From contig CAVTJJ010000004.1 of the NCBI GenBank assembly GCA_963735035.1, positions 1,567,896 through 1,631,895 on the forward strand: 64,000 bases of DNA, written 5' to 3'. The notes below the pieces were generated by a model. The model worked only from the letters and a program-made list of their open reading frames with translations, ran no database searches and was not told where the DNA came from. Within the stretch, counting starts at the first letter, position 1, and each line of letters opens with the position of its first letter. Both the position numbers and the translations under genes were made by a program. The stretch comes from an uncultured candidate division Zixibacteria bacterium (GTDB lineage Bacteria; Zixibacteria; MSB-5A5; GN15; FEB-12). Positions 59,428 to 64,000 of the stretch are shown one piece after another.

Positions 59428-60705
59428 ATGAGCATACGGATTTGCTTCTACGAAGATGAATACTTCAAGCAGTTCCTGCCGTTAAGTTATCTTCGCCCAG
59501 TCTATTGTCTTCGGGCTGGCATTATGCCGTTGTTTAGACGGGCGGAGCGCTATTTCGACAAACCAGAAATATGTCTGGCGGCGCGGCACGGTCTGGCGGG
59601 CGTCATTTCGTCAGAGCACAGCGATTATCCTGTCAACATCATCAAGCGCCAGGAAGGTCAAGCAGTTCTTTTCCTTAATGGTCGCCTTCGGAGTTATGGC
59701 AACCTTCCCCAGACATTGCAGGGGCTCAGGCAGATATCAAAATTGACTGACCGGTCCGGTCAAGTAGTCGGCGTCTTCTTTCCGTCGGACCAATTGACCA
59801 ACATATCTGGTGTGGCAGCGCCCGAACAGTACTTTGACGAATTCAAACGCAATGACAGCGACGTTGTGGATGTTGAAACCGAGGCTTCGTTGTATGACGG
59901 CTGCTGGGAGATCATTGCCGACCTGGATACTGAGATTGCGGCTGATTTTACGTTTCTTCAGTCCGTTCTGGACAAGCACGACGACGCGAAGGTTCACACT
60001 GGGTCGTACATCATCAAGCGTGAACAAGTCTATCTGGGGCGAGGGGTGGAGGTGCTACCGGGCTCGCAGTTCGACGCATCCAAGGGACCGATATTCATAG
60101 GTGACAATACGCGTATAGAAGCGCACGTGGCAATATATGGCCCGTGCTTTATCGGGGCCAACTCCCAGGTGCTGGCGGGCAAGATAACCGGCAGTTCGAT
60201 CGGTCATACCTCTCGGGCGGGCGGCGAGATCGAGGAAAGCGTCTTTCAGTCGTATGTGAACAAGTATCACGCCGGCTTCATAGGTCACAGCTATGTCGGT
60301 TCGTGGGTGAATTTCGGCGCTATGACTACTAACTCGGACTTGAAGAACAACTATTCGGTCATAAAGGTCAGCGTAGAGGGCAAGATGGTCGACACCGGCT
60401 CGATCAAAGTAGGGTCATTCATTGGTGATCACACCAAGTTCGGGATCGGTACCTTGCTGAACACCGGCATCAGTATCGGGGTGTGCTGCAACCTGTACGG
60501 AGGCACTTTGTTGACTGATCATGAGGTGCCATCGTTCAGTTGGGGCGACACGGGGCGCTACGAAACTTATCGATTCGAAAAGGCAATCGAGACGATGCGG
60601 CGTACGGCCGAGAGGCGCAAAGTGACCCTTTCGCGCGATGAGGAGAAGGTGCTTAAGGCTCTGTCGGACGGACAGGTGACCGAAACGGGTGTGATCAGGT
60701 TTTGA
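59428..60705 (+). CDS. GlmU-like putative sugar nucleotidyltransferase with hexapeptide repeats
   Basis: FLPLSYLRPVYCLRAG; GGEIEES...NKYHAGFIGHSYVGSWVNFGAMTTNSDLKNNY. Confidence 0.85.
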   Translation: MSIRICFYEDEYFKQFLPLSYLRPVYCLRAGIMPLFRRAERYFDKPEICLAARHGLAGVISSEHSDYPVNIIKRQEGQAVLFLNGRLRSYGNLPQTLQGLRQISKLTDRSGQVVGVFFPSDQLTNISGVAAPEQYFDEFKRNDSDVVDVETEASLYDGCWEIIADLDTEIAADFTFLQSVLDKHDDAKVHTGSYIIKREQVYLGRGVEVLPGSQFDASKGPIFIGDNTRIEAHVAIYGPCFIGANSQVLAGKITGSSIGHTSRAGGEIEESVFQSYVNKYHAGFIGHSYVGSWVNFGAMTTNSDLKNNYSVIKVSVEGKMVDTGSIKVGSFIGDHTKFGIGTLLNTGISIGVCCNLYGGTLLTDHEVPSFSWGDTGRYETYRFEKAIETMRRTAERRKVTLSRDEEKVLKALSDGQVTETGVIRF

Positions 60706-60746
60706 CGCGGTAAGTCGATGACTGAGAAGGGCCGATGAGGTCCGGG

Positions 60747-60775
60747 TTGACAGGTCGGCATATCGACGGTATTAT
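60747..60775 (+). promoter_or_regulatory. Sigma-70 promoter
   Basis: TTGACA-N17-TATTAT. Confidence 0.6.
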
Positions 60776-60798
60776 GCAATGTCTTAGCGGAGAACAGT

Positions 60799-61839
60799 GT
60801 GCCTGAACTAAGAAGAGAACCCGTAACCGGACGCTGGGTCATTATCTCGACCGAGAGACGCAATCGACCTACGGCTTACAGCACGGTGCCGCGCAATCGG
60901 GAAGCGTCGATGTGCCCATTCTGCCCCGGTAACGAAAGCCACACTCCGCACGAAGTGCTGGCCTACAGGGAGCCCGGCACCGAGCCGGATCGGCCGGGCT
61001 GGCGTTTGCGAGTCATCTCCAATCGATATCCGGCGCTCAAGATCGAAGGGGTCTTGGATCGAGCGCCGCATGGTATCTATGATCGCATGAACGGTGTCGG
61101 TGCACACGAGGTTATCATCGAGACCCCGGAACACAAGCACGATCTGGTGGACATGAGTGATCAGGCGGTCCGCGACGTGCTCTGGTCGTATCGCGAGCGT
61201 ATGGCCGATCTCGAACGGGACATACGATTCAAGCACATAATTATTTTCAAGAATTACGGCGAAGCCGCGGGGGCATCGCTTGAGCATTCTCACAGTCAAT
61301 TGATCGCCACCCCGATCGTGCCCAAACGGGTTCAGGAAGAAGTCAACGGCGCCAAACGGTATCACGAGTACAAAGAACGCTGCATCTTCTGTGATATCGT
61401 CCGCCAGGAGATTTCCGACCGCGAGCGGATCGTGCGGGACCACGATGCCTTCATATCGTTCGTACCGTTCGCATCGCGTTTCCCGTTTGAAACCTGCATC
61501 ATTCCGAAAGCGCATCAGTCGAGCTTCCTGGAGATGTCGGATTCCGAGTACACGGTACTGGCGCGGTGCATAAAAGATACCCTGCTTCGTCTGAAACTGG
61601 CTCTCAATAATCCACCCTTCAATTATGTGCTGCACACCCGGCCGTTGTCGCGTGAGTATCACGAATACTACCACTGGCATATCGAGATTATCCCGCGTCT
61701 GACTCGCACCGCCGGATTCGAGTGGGGCACCGGCTTCTATATCAATCCGACTCCGCCCGAGGAATCGGCCGCTTTTCTCCGCGAGATCGCGATCGAGCCA
61801 AGGACCGAAGTTCGGGGACAGCAGGCTAGCGGACAGTAA
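60799..61839 (+). CDS. galT: GalT family hexose-1-phosphate nucleotidylyltransferase
   Basis: ELRRE...RWVII...R, CPFCPGNE, NRYPAL, FKNYG..AGASLEHSHSQ, HWHIEI, GFEWGTG. Confidence 0.9.
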   Translation: MPELRREPVTGRWVIISTERRNRPTAYSTVPRNREASMCPFCPGNESHTPHEVLAYREPGTEPDRPGWRLRVISNRYPALKIEGVLDRAPHGIYDRMNGVGAHEVIIETPEHKHDLVDMSDQAVRDVLWSYRERMADLERDIRFKHIIIFKNYGEAAGASLEHSHSQLIATPIVPKRVQEEVNGAKRYHEYKERCIFCDIVRQEISDRERIVRDHDAFISFVPFASRFPFETCIIPKAHQSSFLEMSDSEYTVLARCIKDTLLRLKLALNNPPFNYVLHTRPLSREYHEYYHWHIEIIPRLTRTAGFEWGTGFYINPTPPEESAAFLREIAIEPRTEVRGQQASGQ

Positions 61840-63306
61840 ATGAAGAAGCTGAAAATTCTGATGGCCGCCTCGGAGGCTGGTCCTTATGCCCGTACCGGCG
61901 GCCTTGGTGATGTCATTGGGGCGCTGCCCGCAGCTCTCGGGGCTCTGGGACACGATGTCAAAGTAGTCCTGCCCAGGTATGCGTCCATCGACGGAACTGC
62001 TCACAACTTTGAAACATTTATCGATTCGATGCCCGTACCGGATATTGGCGGAGCGGCTTTCGCCGTGGTGGAGCGGGCCGGAGATACGTCGGCCGGAGTG
62101 GAATTCCTCTTTGTCAGAAACGATCGATATTTCAGTCGAAGCGGCTTGTACATAGATCCTGAGACGGGTACTGATTTCAAAGATAACGAGCTCCGTTTCG
62201 CCTTCTTTGCGCGGGCCGTGCTGGAGTTGGTGTGCAGGATGGAATGGCGTCCGGATATCATTCATTGTCACGACTGGCAGGCGGCGCTGATTCCGGCGTA
62301 TCTGAAAGCTACCAACGGTCAAAACTCGAAATTGCAGGGAGCGCCCACCCTTCTTACTATTCATAATCTGGGGTATCAGGGATTGTTCGAAGGGGAGAAG
62401 TTCGAGAATCTGGAACTTCCCGAAGAGATGTTCTTTGCCATGACCGGGGCGCTGGAGTTTTTCGGAAAGCTCAATTTCCTTAAGGGTGGAATCGCGTTGG
62501 CGGACAAGATCACCACGGTTTCGCCCCGCTATGCCAGAGAAATTCAGGTGGGCAATGAGTTCGGCTGTGGTCTCGAGGGGGTGCTTTCGGAACGATCTGC
62601 GGACTTGTTGGGAATCCTGAACGGTGCGGACTATTCGATCTGGTCGCCGGATAGCGGTCTCATGATCCCGCGCCGCTATGATTTGGCTGATATGTCCGGC
62701 AAGCAGTCGGCGCGCGTGGCTTTGATGAATAAAGCCGGTTTGCCGGTCCGAGACAGGACGCCACTGATCGGCATGGTCACGCGTCTGGCCGCGCAGAAGG
62801 GAATTGACCTGGTAGTAGAGGCTATCGATGAATTGATGTCCTTCCAATATCAGGCGATAATCCTTGGCACCGGCGACGCCGAATATCACCGCGCTCTGCA
62901 TATCCTGGAACGAAAGTATCCTGATCGCCTCAAAGTGTATCTGGAGTTTAACGATTCTTTGGCGCACCTGATACTGGCCGGGTCGGATATATTCCTGATG
63001 CCGTCGCGGTATGAGCCGTGCGGTCTCAATCAGATGTATTCGTTCAAATACGGCACGGTTCCGGTAGTCCGTGCGGTGGGTGGACTGGCAGATACAGTTA
63101 AGGACTATGATCCTCGTACCGGCGAAGGCACCGGCTTCGTTTTTGAAGAATACACGCCGGAAGCCATGCTGGGGGCGTTGAGACGCGCCAGGGAATTGTA
63201 TCTTAAGGAACAGGACTGGGCTAGATTGGTTGCAGCCGGAATGCGCGAGGATTTTTCCTGGAAGGCATCGGCCGTGAAGTACAGTGATCTCTACCTATCA
63301 CAGTGA
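61840..63306 (+). CDS. glgA: Glycogen synthase
   Basis: ARTGGLGDV, HCHDWQ, TIHNLGYQG, RLAAQKG, PSRYEPCGLNQ. Confidence 0.95.
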   Translation: MKKLKILMAASEAGPYARTGGLGDVIGALPAALGALGHDVKVVLPRYASIDGTAHNFETFIDSMPVPDIGGAAFAVVERAGDTSAGVEFLFVRNDRYFSRSGLYIDPETGTDFKDNELRFAFFARAVLELVCRMEWRPDIIHCHDWQAALIPAYLKATNGQNSKLQGAPTLLTIHNLGYQGLFEGEKFENLELPEEMFFAMTGALEFFGKLNFLKGGIALADKITTVSPRYAREIQVGNEFGCGLEGVLSERSADLLGILNGADYSIWSPDSGLMIPRRYDLADMSGKQSARVALMNKAGLPVRDRTPLIGMVTRLAAQKGIDLVVEAIDELMSFQYQAIILGTGDAEYHRALHILERKYPDRLKVYLEFNDSLAHLILAGSDIFLMPSRYEPCGLNQMYSFKYGTVPVVRAVGGLADTVKDYDPRTGEGTGFVFEEYTPEAMLGALRRARELYLKEQDWARLVAAGMREDFSWKASAVKYSDLYLSQ

Positions 63307-63324
63307 TAAGAGACAAGTAGTCGT

Positions 63325-64000
63325 ATGAAGCTGCCTCGTAATATTGGCAAGTATTGGGTCTTGATCGTGGCCGTGCTGATCTATGGCAGCCTGGCCTACA
63401 TACACAATTTCACCCAGGACGATGCTTACATCTCTTATCGCTATGTAGCCAATTATCTGAACGGAAACGGCCTTGTCTACAACATTGGCGAGAGGGTCGA
63501 AGGGATCACCAATTTCGGTTGGACCACGTTGCTGATATTGATCGGATCAATCGGCGGTGACTACATCTGGTGGTCGAAATTGCTCGGGGCCATGCTCGGT
63601 GGCGGGATGGTCGTTCTGACTTTTCTGCTGGGCGAACATGTTTTCGGGGAAAAGAATCTACGGTTTACAGGGCTGGCCACGCTTCTGGTTGGAATCAATC
63701 AATCCCTGGCCTATTGGTCTCCGGCCGGACTTGAAACGGCCGCATTTGGCTTCTTCGCCATGCTCGCCTTCCTGCTGTTTCTGCGGCGAAGCTGGCTGCT
63801 GATATTCGCACTTGTCTGGGCGGTCTGGCTTCGACCCGAAGGGGCCGTGGTGACCGCGATGTGATCTTCCTGGAGTGGTTTCAGTCACGTCGCTGGCCGT
63901 TGTTCACTCTGTCCTGCGCAGGTATGGCGTTCGTGTTGTCTCTGCCGTTTGTCGGATTCAAGTTCATGTACTACGGCTCAATTCTTCCGAACCCTTTCTA
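63325..64000 (+). CDS. GT-C-like polytopic membrane protein, frameshift ~63861, 3'-partial
   Basis: DDAYISYRY..N...G.GLVYN.GERVEG.TN, GLET, RPEG; continues after the frameshift to ...YYGSILPNPF at the window edge. Confidence 0.75.

Noticed and set aside
60808..62967. 719-aa antisense ORF
   Set aside because: Shadow frame opposite the clear galT and glgA genes; no recognisable motifs.

Overview
A gene-dense, GC-rich (visually about 55-60%) chromosomal segment from a diderm bacterium. Two proteins end in the 'QN(F/Y)PNPFNP...SG(I/V)YFYRL' sorting domain, which points to the FCB group, plausibly Zixibacteria (inference). Housekeeping blocks include sppA-HU-bS22, purD-purE, hrcA-grpE-dnaK-dnaJ-prmA-rsmE, efp-rnhC, an FMN-riboswitch-led rib operon with nusB, and a galT-like gene with glgA. 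Accessory blocks include an MSH/T2SS-like type IV pilus cluster (its prepilin peptidase and a PilS-like kinase lie about 20 kb away), a glycosylation cluster, outer-membrane and secreted proteins, and a tandem WYL pair. Main observations: (1) five sigma-28-like promoters, (T(A/C)A(A/G)-N15/16-GCCGA(T/C)(A/T)(A/T)), in front of the dispersed pilus genes and a GAF-only protein; (2) a WYL regulator followed by an operator-like palindrome and a degenerate, WCX-less paralogue; (3) a sigma-region-4-only gene followed by an inverted repeat, a switch-like leader and an unlisted 57-aa ORF; (4) a REPIN/MITE-like element; (5) sigma-54 promoter motifs. Several single-base frameshifts are probably assembly errors. 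No rRNA, tRNA, CRISPR array or transposase was recognised. All calls come from reading motifs by eye; no database searches were run.
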